A DNA stretch of 32,000 nucleotides from Promethearchaeum syntrophicum (GCF_008000775.2 NZ_CP042905.2:660001-692000), one strand, 5' to 3'. Positions 16,670 to 25,598 are shown, counted from the stretch's first letter. Translations and numbers: made by a program. The notes: generated by a model from the letters alone, not told the origin.

Positions 16670-17212
16670 TTATTTCTCCTCCTTTGTTTTTTCTAATTCT
16701 TCGATTTCTTTCAAAATATTTTCTACAGGTGTCATTCCCATCAATTTTTTTATTTCATCCACATCGGTTGAAGGTGATTTAGGTAATCCAAGCTGTTCGC
16801 GGCGTTTTTCAATTACTGGTTGTGATGGAACTGCTTTTCCAAATAAATAAACTTGATTTGTCTCGCTAGTATAAGATTTTGGGATATTATGATAACGTGC
16901 AGAAGCATTTTTTATTCTCAAGAAGATTTCATGCAGATTAACTCCTTCCGGGCAAGCCTCTTGACATAACTCGCACATAGTACATTGCCAAACATTAGGG
17001 GTTAGATCAACAATCAGTCTCTTCTCATAACCAAAGTTTGACAACAATATAATTGATCGAGGATTAAATTTTCCTTCAGTTTCAAGAGCAACAGGGCATA
17101 TGGTTGAGCAAGTAGAGCAATTATAACAAAGATTTAATGATGTCGCTAATTCAGAATCTGTAAATTCATCATGAAGCGATAGAACTGGATCTATGTTTTC
17201 AATTTTTTCCAT
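16670..17212 (-). CDS. hdrC: Heterodisulfide reductase subunit C (2x[4Fe-4S])
   Basis: CYNCSTCSTICP and CTMCELCQEACP motifs. The size and the position immediately upstream of hdrB also fit. Confidence 0.9.
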   Translation of the reverse strand: MEKIENIDPVLSLHDEFTDSELATSLNLCYNCSTCSTICPVALETEGKFNPRSIILLSNFGYEKRLIVDLTPNVWQCTMCELCQEACPEGVNLHEIFLRIKNASARYHNIPKSYTSETNQVYLFGKAVPSQPVIEKRREQLGLPKSPSTDVDEIKKLMGMTPVENILKEIEELEKTKEEK

Positions 17213-17324
17213 TTCAAATTCAAGAATTAAAAGAGCGGTAAAGTAAAAAAGAATTTCCTTATAGGAAATATTTAATTAAAAAGTACGAAAAGATATAAAA
17301 AGATATTAAAGTGGTCAAATCATG

Positions 17325-17879
17325 TTAAATTAAGCTTTTTGCCAGATAATTGAAAAATTCTTCAACCCCAAAACCATTCTGAGAAGAAGTTTCAAAATAA
17401 GAATCTGCATTAAATTTCTCTTTGAATTCATCTATTTGGTCTGATGAAATTATTGATGGATCTTCCGTTACTAAATCTTTCTTTGTTCCAAGTAAGAAGA
17501 ATTTTGTTTTTGAATCACCCCAAACTCCACCTTCTTTTAATAATCCTATCCAATTCTTTATCCGATAAAGTGTGGCAACCCTCGATAAATCAAATGCTAA
17601 TATTATTCCTTCCGCACCTTGTATATATTCGTTCAGAATGAATCTGAATCGTTCTTGACCTGCAAAATCCCAAAGCAATAAAGTCATTTGGTATTTATCT
17701 GCATTATCCAATGTAATATCAACTTTTTTAATAAAAAAATCTGTTCCTATCGTCATTTTGGTAGAATCTACAAAAACTTTGTTGACATAACGATGTAGGA
17801 GTGTAGTTTTCCCAACTCCTCCTTCCCCTAAAATAATAATTTTTCTTTTAATTTTTTTGATATTTGAATCGTTTAACAT
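17325..17879 (-). CDS. Rab/Ras-like small GTPase
   Basis: G1 GEGGVGKTT; switch I TIGTDF; G3 WDFAGQERF; G4 GTKKDL; G5 ETSS. No C-terminal Cys prenylation motif. Confidence 0.85.
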   Translation of the reverse strand: MLNDSNIKKIKRKIIILGEGGVGKTTLLHRYVNKVFVDSTKMTIGTDFFIKKVDITLDNADKYQMTLLLWDFAGQERFRFILNEYIQGAEGIILAFDLSRVATLYRIKNWIGLLKEGGVWGDSKTKFFLLGTKKDLVTEDPSIISSDQIDEFKEKFNADSYFETSSQNGFGVEEFFNYLAKSLI

Positions 17880-18027
17880 TCTAATATGTATAAAACTGTA
17901 ATTTCAACCTTTAAATTCTTTGATTGGAGAAGATTTCAGTAAAATTTCTAGAGAAATTTTTAATTTACATGTATTAGTCCGTTACCATCAATTCTAAAAT
18001 AATAATACAACAAATTTTTAAGAGAAA

Positions 18028-19296
18028 TTGCTCATATTTTCCTTAATGACAATTTTTTGGGCACCTCTATTACACGTTTATCAACCACCATGGCAAGATC
18101 TCGAAATACTAAAGGAAATTTACAAAGAATGTTATGTTCCCCTTTTAACGATGTTGGAAAGGCATGAAAATGTAAAATTAACACTAAATGTTCAAGGATG
18201 TTTATTGGATTTATTGACCCGCATGGGTTTGGAAGATGCTCGAGAAATTTTGAGAAAATTAATACACAACGGAAAGGTCGAGCTTATAGGATCTGCAAAA
18301 TTTCACCCAATTCTACCTTTAATTCCTCAAGATGAAATCATTCATCAAATCAAATTAAATGAATCAACCTTGAATCATCATTTTCCTGGCTGTTCTTTAA
18401 AAGGTTTTTTTCCACCTGAGATGGCTATTTCTACAAATTTATGCCAAATAATAAAAAAATCCGGTTATTCTTGGACAATTTTGGACGGTATAGCAAATTC
18501 AGATAAATGGCCTCAAGATTATATTCAAAAAACTGAATCTGGATTAATTACTTTTTTCCGAGATTCATTTATTTCCAATATGATTTCTTTTTCAAAAATT
18601 GATGCTGATGGATTTGTAGAAAAGATATCCCAAATGCATGACAAAAATTCTAAAAATGATTATTATATCATTACAGCGCAAGATGCTGAAACATTTGGCC
18701 ACCATATAAAATTTTATGAAACAAGATTTTTGGGAAAAGTATTTTCATTAATCGAGGATCGTAATGATATTGAAATAAGTCTTATATCAAATTTAGTAGA
18801 TCATTTCCCAATTCATAAAGCAAAAAAACCTATTAAATCTTCATCTTGGAGCACTACTACTTCAGATATTGCAAGTCGTGTACCCTATCCATTATGGGCA
18901 TCCCCTTTAAATCCTGTTCACAAGTATCAATACAGAATGTTAAAAGCTTTGTACAAATTAATGGCTACTGTCGAAAAATATAATAAATTTAATGGAAAAA
19001 ACTCGGAGTTTCAAAATTATTATAAAACAGCCCGTTATTTTTATGATCAGTCAATGCATTCGTGTTGGTTATGGTGGGCATCAATGAAGCCGATGTGGAG
19101 TCCAAATTTAATTTATAAGGGCGCTGATTTAATTATGAAAGCAGCATTAAACGCTCAATTAGCACTTATAAATCTGAAAGTAGGTGTAGCAGATGAAGAT
19201 TATGGAATAATTATGGATAATGTTGAAAAATTGATGACAGAAATCATTGATCAAGAAGCAGCTGGTCAAAAAGTTAGAACATATGGTGATTTTTAA
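18028..19296 (+). CDS. Glycoside hydrolase family 57-like alpha-glucan-active enzyme
   Basis: HVYQPPWQ, VELIGSAKFHPILPLIP, FFPPEMAIS and AQDAETFGHH match GH57 conserved regions. The track start is TTG; an in-frame ATG lies six codons downstream (18046). Confidence 0.75.
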   Translation: MLIFSLMTIFWAPLLHVYQPPWQDLEILKEIYKECYVPLLTMLERHENVKLTLNVQGCLLDLLTRMGLEDAREILRKLIHNGKVELIGSAKFHPILPLIPQDEIIHQIKLNESTLNHHFPGCSLKGFFPPEMAISTNLCQIIKKSGYSWTILDGIANSDKWPQDYIQKTESGLITFFRDSFISNMISFSKIDADGFVEKISQMHDKNSKNDYYIITAQDAETFGHHIKFYETRFLGKVFSLIEDRNDIEISLISNLVDHFPIHKAKKPIKSSSWSTTTSDIASRVPYPLWASPLNPVHKYQYRMLKALYKLMATVEKYNKFNGKNSEFQNYYKTARYFYDQSMHSCWLWWASMKPMWSPNLIYKGADLIMKAALNAQLALINLKVGVADEDYGIIMDNVEKLMTEIIDQEAAGQKVRTYGDF

Positions 19297-19372
19297 TTTT
19301 TTTATTTGATTTTTTAAGATATAAATTCAAATTAGGGAACAATTTTTTTTAGAGTAAAACCAAATCTATTCT

Positions 19373-20344
19373 ATGTCCATACCACACGATAATATTATTG
19401 CATATAAATTATTGAATGATGGTTCAATTTTAAAAGTATTAAACGAAGATTTATTATCATTTTTCATTAATATTAATATTATATCTGTTTATTTTTATAA
19501 AGAAAAGCGATTATATATTTGGAAGGGTGAAAATGTCCCCAGAAATTTACAGAATCATATTCCAATAATCGAAGAACAAATTGTAAAACTCAATCCAAAT
19601 ATCAGCATTCTAAGGCATTTTACGATTGAGGGAGTAAAGGAAGAAACAACTGAATTTTTAGATCTTCTTAAAATAAATCAAGAAGATTTTAAAAAACAAT
19701 TAGAAGAATGGGATGATTTTCGAGGGAGGATGTTAACTTCTATTGAAATACTCCAAAATGAAATCAAAGAACATTTTGCAAATAAGGAATTCAGAGAAAT
19801 TCAGATAAAAGCAAAAAATATTATTAACATAGCAGAAAAAATACAGGCAAATGATATCATAAAAGAACAAGAAAAGACAATTCAACAAATAAAAGAAAAA
19901 CCTGAAGAAGAAGAAATTTCATCTAAAACGAAACCTTTAATAGAAGAAGAATCTGAATCATTGAAAGAAGAAGCCGAACCATTGAAAGAAGAAGCCGAAC
20001 CATTGAAGGATGAAGAAGCCGAACCATTGAAGGATGAAGAAGCCGAACCATTGAAAGAAGAAGAAGCCGAACTATTGAAAGAAGTAGAAGCCGAACCATT
20101 GAAAGAAGAAGAAGCCGAACCATTGAAAGAAGAAGAAGCCGAATTATTGAAGGAAGAAGAAATAGAATCTGAAGATTATAATCATCTTTTAAGACAAGCA
20201 AACCTTATCGAAAGTCGTTCTCCTAATGAAACTAAAGAAATTCTTACAAAATGCCTTGATATTATAACAAAAAATAGAGAAAAATTCATCGAAGAAAATC
20301 CTAAAAGAGTGAAAGATGAAGCAATATTAGAAAAAAGAATTTAA
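19373..20344 (+). CDS. Putative gelsolin-like-domain protein with an acidic AEPLKEEE tandem-repeat region
   Basis: The ORF is solid. The domain call is tentative: in the N-terminal about 100 aa, SVYFYKEKRLYIWKGENV ... ILRHFTIEGVKEETTEFLDLL resembles the gelsolin-repeat pattern (xIWxGxxx ... REVQGxESxxFLxxF). The middle holds 8-9 copies of an (A)E(P/L)LK(E/D)EE repeat. Confidence 0.45.
   Translation: MSIPHDNIIAYKLLNDGSILKVLNEDLLSFFININIISVYFYKEKRLYIWKGENVPRNLQNHIPIIEEQIVKLNPNISILRHFTIEGVKEETTEFLDLLKINQEDFKKQLEEWDDFRGRMLTSIEILQNEIKEHFANKEFREIQIKAKNIINIAEKIQANDIIKEQEKTIQQIKEKPEEEEISSKTKPLIEEESESLKEEAEPLKEEAEPLKDEEAEPLKDEEAEPLKEEEAELLKEVEAEPLKEEEAEPLKEEEAELLKEEEIESEDYNHLLRQANLIESRSPNETKEILTKCLDIITKNREKFIEENPKRVKDEAILEKRI
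19955..20161 (+). repeat. In-frame tandem repeat: one 21-bp and seven 24-bp units (GCCGAACCATTGAAAGAAGAAGAA) plus a degenerate 18-bp leader unit
   Basis: Units start at 19973, 19994, 20018, 20042, 20066, 20090, 20114 and 20138. Copies differ by only 1-3 nt. Confidence 0.9.
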
Positions 20345-20358
20345 GAGGTAAATTATTT

Positions 20359-21585
20359 ATGAAAGACTACAAAAAACAGAACGAATTTGATTTCACCTTT
20401 GAAGCCGTTTCTTCAACATTGAAAAACTTTGAAAACATTGCAAATCAATCCAAATCACTGAATTTTTTCATGGGATTTGATGGATATATTGATTTACTAT
20501 ACAATATGGTCCGCAATAGAAAAAATGTAATGGAATTTGAGATTTATGAATCAATGAAAGATTTTGGTCAAAAGATAGTTGATACTACGGGGAGCTCTAT
20601 TTCAATTGAAAGATCTCTTAAAAAAAAAATTGGAGGAGGATTTGCCCCAAATATGGCGCGAGCTATAGGTAATATGTCTCCAATGGCTCAAATTGATTTA
20701 TTCGGTGCTTTGGGGTATCCCAAAATCAATCCTATTTTTAAAAATCTTCCAAAGAATGTAAATTTACACTCAATTGGAACACCTGGGGAGACTTTAGCTC
20801 TTGAATTTTCGGATGGAAAAGTAATGTCGCAAGATTTTGGTGGAATTTTTGCCCTTGACTGGGAAACTGTAATTTCTCGAATAGGCGGGAGAGATAATTT
20901 AATTTCATTCTTCGAAAAAGCAGACGCGATTGGAAATGGTCATTGGAGTTTAATGCCTTATATGAGTTCATATTTACAGCATTTTTTAACGGATATTTTT
21001 CCAAATATATCTAATCTTAAAAAAAAACTATTCTTTTTAGATCCAGCAGATTTATCAAAGCGTTCAGATGGAGATATTAAAGATATGCTGAATTTATTAA
21101 TGAAAATCAATGATTTTATCCCAGTTGTCTTAAGTGTTAATGATCGAGAAGTATTTGATCTTATTAGGACATTAAAATTAGAGGATCAACTTCCTCTTAA
21201 AAAAAACGATCCTACTTCTTATTTGTTGGCGGGAAAAAAAATTAATTCAAATTTAAATTTTAGTTATTTTGTAATCCATGATCCTCATTTTGCTACAATT
21301 TCAGGAGTTGAGCAAACAAAGGTTTTTCATTATTGGATTACAGAAGGATTTACTTCAAAACCTAAATATACTGTTGCGGCTGGAGATCATTTTAATGCAG
21401 GATTATTAAACGCACTCCTATTGGGAATGAGTCCTTCAGAGTCTTGTATTATTGCCAATGCCGCTACTGCGATTTTTGTAAGAACTGGACAATCTCCTTC
21501 ACCAAAAGATTTAAAAAGATTTATCTCCCATTATTTCGATTATATAAAACAAGATATTGATAATTTTGAGATAAATAGAAATTGA
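20359..21585 (+). CDS. PfkB/ribokinase-superfamily carbohydrate kinase-like protein
   Basis: IGGGFAPNMARAIG (GG-loop-like) and C-terminal TVAAGDHFNAGLLNALLLG (GAGDxF-like anion-hole motif). AGAGGT lies upstream. Substrate unknown. Confidence 0.55.
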   Translation: MKDYKKQNEFDFTFEAVSSTLKNFENIANQSKSLNFFMGFDGYIDLLYNMVRNRKNVMEFEIYESMKDFGQKIVDTTGSSISIERSLKKKIGGGFAPNMARAIGNMSPMAQIDLFGALGYPKINPIFKNLPKNVNLHSIGTPGETLALEFSDGKVMSQDFGGIFALDWETVISRIGGRDNLISFFEKADAIGNGHWSLMPYMSSYLQHFLTDIFPNISNLKKKLFFLDPADLSKRSDGDIKDMLNLLMKINDFIPVVLSVNDREVFDLIRTLKLEDQLPLKKNDPTSYLLAGKKINSNLNFSYFVIHDPHFATISGVEQTKVFHYWITEGFTSKPKYTVAAGDHFNAGLLNALLLGMSPSESCIIANAATAIFVRTGQSPSPKDLKRFISHYFDYIKQDIDNFEINRN

Positions 21586-21590
21586 TAAAT

Positions 21591-21601
21591 AAAAAAAAAA
21601 A
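21591..21601 (-). terminator. Oligo-T run (T11 on the minus strand) just downstream of the aglB stop
   Basis: A11 on the plus strand at 21591-21601, 17 nt past the aglB stop codon (21618-21620). Confidence 0.35.
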
Positions 21602-21617
21602 TAGTGAAAAAAGAAAA

Positions 21618-24600
21618 TTATGCAGATACAGTTATTTCCACGATATCTTCATAACCCTCGGAGGTTATTACTTGAACCCAGATAGTTTCTCCAGTAGTTA
21701 ACCCCCCTGCTATATTTGCGATATCTATATAATAAAGAGCAAGGTTTCCAGATTCACTACCTGTGAGAATATAGTCTGTTATTTCAGTTCGAGCGAGAAG
21801 ATTATCCCACATCGTAATATCACTACTAGAAATGTCTAAATATTGAAAATCCCCGGAAATACCAATTTTTAATCTAATTCCGTCAATTGTTGCACTAGTG
21901 TTATGATTGATTGATAACATTAGGTGAATCGAATCTTCGCTAGCATCTGCCATGGTATTACCATAATTTTCATGCGGTATAATTTCATCCGGATCAATTA
22001 TTCGCGTTATATTATCTGCTGTAGGTAATCGAGATGTTAAATTTACATCACTAAAAACAAACGGACTTGATGTAGTATTCACCATTACATTTAATGTGTT
22101 AGTGAGATTTAATTTAAAACCATCAAAGGATACATCAATTAATGCAATGTCGTCATGGTTTAAAATTTTGTTTCCAACTGTAATATTTACATCTTGGATT
22201 TCAATTGCTTCAGTGCCATTAAGAATAATGCTATCTAATTCTACAGGATCAAAACCAACATTCTTAACTACTAATCGTAACGATTCATTAGTAAAAGCAG
22301 ATGTCATTGAATTTTCGCCTGTTATTATCGAAATCATTGAAGATTGATTACGAGGAACAAAATAAGCATTATCAGATGCGCAAGTGTCTCCATCTTGTCC
22401 TGATATATAAATACTAACCGGTGAATTTCTTTCAACTTCTGAAACATTTGCATAAATATTTCTTTGATCTCCTGGATCTAAGAAAAGCTCTTCAGGAGTA
22501 TCAGTCCCCACAATGAAATCATTAATTTGGACTCCATTAGCATATAAACTCTCAAGACCAATTGTCTCAAAACCATCATTTCTCACAGTAAGTGTCAAAC
22601 TTCCATTTTCTAAGAGATAAGACTGTGCGTTGTAATTCAAATAGTACTCATTATGTGGAATATTCATATTTTCATAAATTGAATAATCAAAGAGGAATCT
22701 AGATTCAGGCAATATATCTAAATCACTAGGCAATATTGTTAGCTTATAATTTTCCTTATTGAATCCTAAGACGGTTTCTGCAATGCCTCCCTCGGAAGTA
22801 TGAACTCGAATATAATTACTCTCAGAAAAATCAAAGGTTGTTGCTGTTCCTGTGTCTTCTATGTAAAATGACTCCGTTTCATTAGGACCAATTATCAAGT
22901 TCAAATTAAGATCTGGATTAATTTCCATATAGTCATTGTTTATAGAGATATTTGAGATTTTTTGAGGTTGATTACCTTCGTTTTTCACGACAATTTTAGC
23001 ATTTGATTGAAATCCCGATAATTCTAATCGAGAACTTTCTCTATCTATTTCGATTTTTATTTCATCTGGAAGTTTCACTTGAGTATCAACGGTATCGTTT
23101 GAAAGCGTATATAATAAACCATTTTCCTTTTGAACGCTAACTTCCATTTCTAAATTGTAAATCTCAGAAGTATCCCAAGTTTCTTCAGTGTTAAACCAAA
23201 CATACCTGCTCTCATTTGGACTGATTGGATCGGCGCTATTTTCAACAGAAAAGTTGTATGCTTTATCTGAGACTTTCAAAGAACTAATTTCGAAATCTAA
23301 TTTTCCAGTATTCGTTATCAGAGCATTACCATATCCATTAGTATCAATATTTTGCTTGCTGATAGAAAATGAAGTGTCTAAAGGAGTGTAATCTATTTTA
23401 TACAATTTTACTAATTTATTCGCTGAAACATATGTTGGTTCAAAGAATTCTAGTTGATAATCTCCATTTACCGTTGGATATTCTTTCCATAATTTACCAT
23501 TATCGTCGACTTTGGGTGAAATACTTCCTTCAGGATATCCTCCGACTTGGATAGCTAACTGTTGGATTGGATATGAGTCTGTTTGAGAAAGACCATCAGC
23601 AGATATTAATTCATTGTTAAACAGCAGTTTTGCTAAAGTACTGTTGAACCATGCTTCTCTGTATAATCCAGATGATCCATTAATATATTTTTCTTCATCA
23701 AATACTGTATCAACTGTCTGATCTTCTCCGCCATACCAATTATCTTTGGTCAAACTTCCGTAATTTTCATAGCTTGCTGTATTATCATTACAGATACGAA
23801 CCATCCAAGGCCATTTTCCCTCATCTCCTCCTATTCCGGTCACTAAATGCCCGAAATATACTAAAACATATTCTGCTTTTAGGAGTTTGAACGCTTCCGC
23901 GCTATACCGTTCTTGCGTTTGCATCATTGCCATTCCAGTTAATCCTATCCGAGTTTGATTCCAAGTACCGTTATCATTAACAGAAGTAACATTTCCTATA
24001 GATGTGATCCAATAACCATAATCCCACCAAGATACTACAACGGCCTCACTTGGGAGATTATTATCCATCCAAGTGAGAGACTCTTCCCAATCATGAAATG
24101 ATCCCAAAGAAACTAAATCTGAATAACCCATTTGTTCTGAAGAAATCGTTATTGCATGATTTGCTTGAACGAATAATAGTAATCCGATCATGGCATAAAC
24201 AATCAAACCTTCAGGTTTTGCAATAGTTCGTTTAAGTTGTTTTTTACGCCTTCTGGTAATAGTTTTCTCTTTTTTCATTAAATTCCCAAACATTTTCAAA
24301 ATATTTGATAACGCATAACCCCCTAATAGTGCTAAAGCAGGCGCGAAAAGGAGAATAATTCGTATCATACTCCCAGTAAAGTAGAATAATGTCACTACAA
24401 AAATTACCATTAAAATATCTTCCGTATTTCCTCGACGGATTGCAAAATATACGCCAGGAACAACTAATAATAAAGGTATTAGAGAATTATAATAAAATGC
24501 ACTCCAAGGAGCTGGTGCATGTTCTCCTACTGAGGCTACTAAATGAATATCCTCACGAATGCTCGGATTTATTATAGATGCTAATCTAGATGCTAAATTA

Positions 24601-25598
24601 AAAGGAATTAAATCGGGTACTTGCCAGAATATTATTAAAGCGATTATGGCGATTGGAATTGAAGCCCATTTTATACCCGTTAGAATTTTTGTATAAACTT
24701 CCGTATCCCTTTGCATATACATAATATGATAACCAATCAGAAAAACAAGAAATAATAGTGGAACAATGAAATCCATTTCTTTTATCATCTTAGACCAAGC
24801 AAAAGAAGGATCCAAAGTAAAAATAAGTAATCCTATCCCAATGGTCGCGCTGTATGCTAATAATATACGAGCATTGTATTTGTTTGCTAATATCAGAATT
24901 GCCACAAGCAAGGGAATTAATAAAAAGGGATAAGTCAGCCCTCCCCAACTTAATGCTAAATATCCCAATGATATTCCAGCGTAAATTCCATGCGAAAGTT
25001 TTCCAGATTTCACCGCTTTGATGAAAAATAAGAAAACCAGCAAGACTGCGAACACTCCGATCGTTTCGTTGTCGTAGAAGCCACAAACAGTACGTTGCAT
25101 ATGCCCCGGTGAGAATGCTAAGAAGAAAGCGGCGATAAGTCCCGCTCGTTTATCCAAAATTTCTTTTCCGAGAAAATACATAACGAGAACGGTTGCACCC
25201 CCCATAAATGCAGGGAAATAGAATGCCACTTGGAATGGTGTTACTGGAATTCCGAGGGCTGTGATAATCCAGTAAATTATCGCAGTTGTAAAAAGCAACC
25301 CCGGTCGAAGATTAAATCTATCGACACCTTCTGGGAACCAAAATTGAAAATCATGGAAATGGAACCAATCATATAGAGACATGTTGATGACGGCTTTTGT
25401 AGAGCTGAATTGGTACCAAGGATCGAAGGCCTTGATGAGGTACGTTCCTGTAATAACTGGTGACATTCGAACTAAAACAGCGAGAATAAGAACGAAGATC
25501 AGAGCAAGATAAAAGAATGGAGCGTCGCTGGGTATTTTTACTGATGTTTTAACTTTATCAGATTGGTTTGAAAACCAATTTTTAAATTTATTAACCAT
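21618..25598 (-). CDS. aglB: Oligosaccharyltransferase AglB (STT3 homologue) with a long C-terminal extension
   Basis: WWDYGYW (aa 524-530, nt 24015-24029 for WWDYG), AFDPWYQF, GFYDNETIGVFA, SVGEHAPAPW, VNDNGTWNQT, and a multi-TM N-terminal half. aa about 740-1326 form an extra beta-rich region. Confidence 0.92.
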   Translation of the reverse strand: MVNKFKNWFSNQSDKVKTSVKIPSDAPFFYLALIFVLILAVLVRMSPVITGTYLIKAFDPWYQFSSTKAVINMSLYDWFHFHDFQFWFPEGVDRFNLRPGLLFTTAIIYWIITALGIPVTPFQVAFYFPAFMGGATVLVMYFLGKEILDKRAGLIAAFFLAFSPGHMQRTVCGFYDNETIGVFAVLLVFLFFIKAVKSGKLSHGIYAGISLGYLALSWGGLTYPFLLIPLLVAILILANKYNARILLAYSATIGIGLLIFTLDPSFAWSKMIKEMDFIVPLLFLVFLIGYHIMYMQRDTEVYTKILTGIKWASIPIAIIALIIFWQVPDLIPFNLASRLASIINPSIREDIHLVASVGEHAPAPWSAFYYNSLIPLLLVVPGVYFAIRRGNTEDILMVIFVVTLFYFTGSMIRIILLFAPALALLGGYALSNILKMFGNLMKKEKTITRRRKKQLKRTIAKPEGLIVYAMIGLLLFVQANHAITISSEQMGYSDLVSLGSFHDWEESLTWMDNNLPSEAVVVSWWDYGYWITSIGNVTSVNDNGTWNQTRIGLTGMAMMQTQERYSAEAFKLLKAEYVLVYFGHLVTGIGGDEGKWPWMVRICNDNTASYENYGSLTKDNWYGGEDQTVDTVFDEEKYINGSSGLYREAWFNSTLAKLLFNNELISADGLSQTDSYPIQQLAIQVGGYPEGSISPKVDDNGKLWKEYPTVNGDYQLEFFEPTYVSANKLVKLYKIDYTPLDTSFSISKQNIDTNGYGNALITNTGKLDFEISSLKVSDKAYNFSVENSADPISPNESRYVWFNTEETWDTSEIYNLEMEVSVQKENGLLYTLSNDTVDTQVKLPDEIKIEIDRESSRLELSGFQSNAKIVVKNEGNQPQKISNISINNDYMEINPDLNLNLIIGPNETESFYIEDTGTATTFDFSESNYIRVHTSEGGIAETVLGFNKENYKLTILPSDLDILPESRFLFDYSIYENMNIPHNEYYLNYNAQSYLLENGSLTLTVRNDGFETIGLESLYANGVQINDFIVGTDTPEELFLDPGDQRNIYANVSEVERNSPVSIYISGQDGDTCASDNAYFVPRNQSSMISIITGENSMTSAFTNESLRLVVKNVGFDPVELDSIILNGTEAIEIQDVNITVGNKILNHDDIALIDVSFDGFKLNLTNTLNVMVNTTSSPFVFSDVNLTSRLPTADNITRIIDPDEIIPHENYGNTMADASEDSIHLMLSINHNTSATIDGIRLKIGISGDFQYLDISSSDITMWDNLLARTEITDYILTGSESGNLALYYIDIANIAGGLTTGETIWVQVITSEGYEDIVEITVSA

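Noticed and set aside
18028-18045. TTG start of the GH57 ORF
   Set aside because: Not rejected outright, but an ATG six codons downstream (18046) is an equally plausible start. No clear Shine-Dalgarno-like element distinguishes the two.
19955-20161. Tandem repeat considered as a possible CRISPR or minisatellite locus
   Set aside because: The units are contiguous with no spacers, only 21-24 bp long, in frame within a long ORF, and non-palindromic. This is a coding repeat, not CRISPR.
19923-20201. 92-aa minus-strand ORF with repeated MVRLLLLS units
   Set aside because: It is a mirror image of the in-frame AEPLKEEE tandem repeat. The plus-strand ORF is continuous for 323 aa with a good start context.
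24790-25086. 98-aa ORF on the minus strand overlapping aglB in another frame
   Set aside because: It lies wholly inside the aglB TM region, where the aglB frame carries conserved STT3 motifs. There is no independent support.
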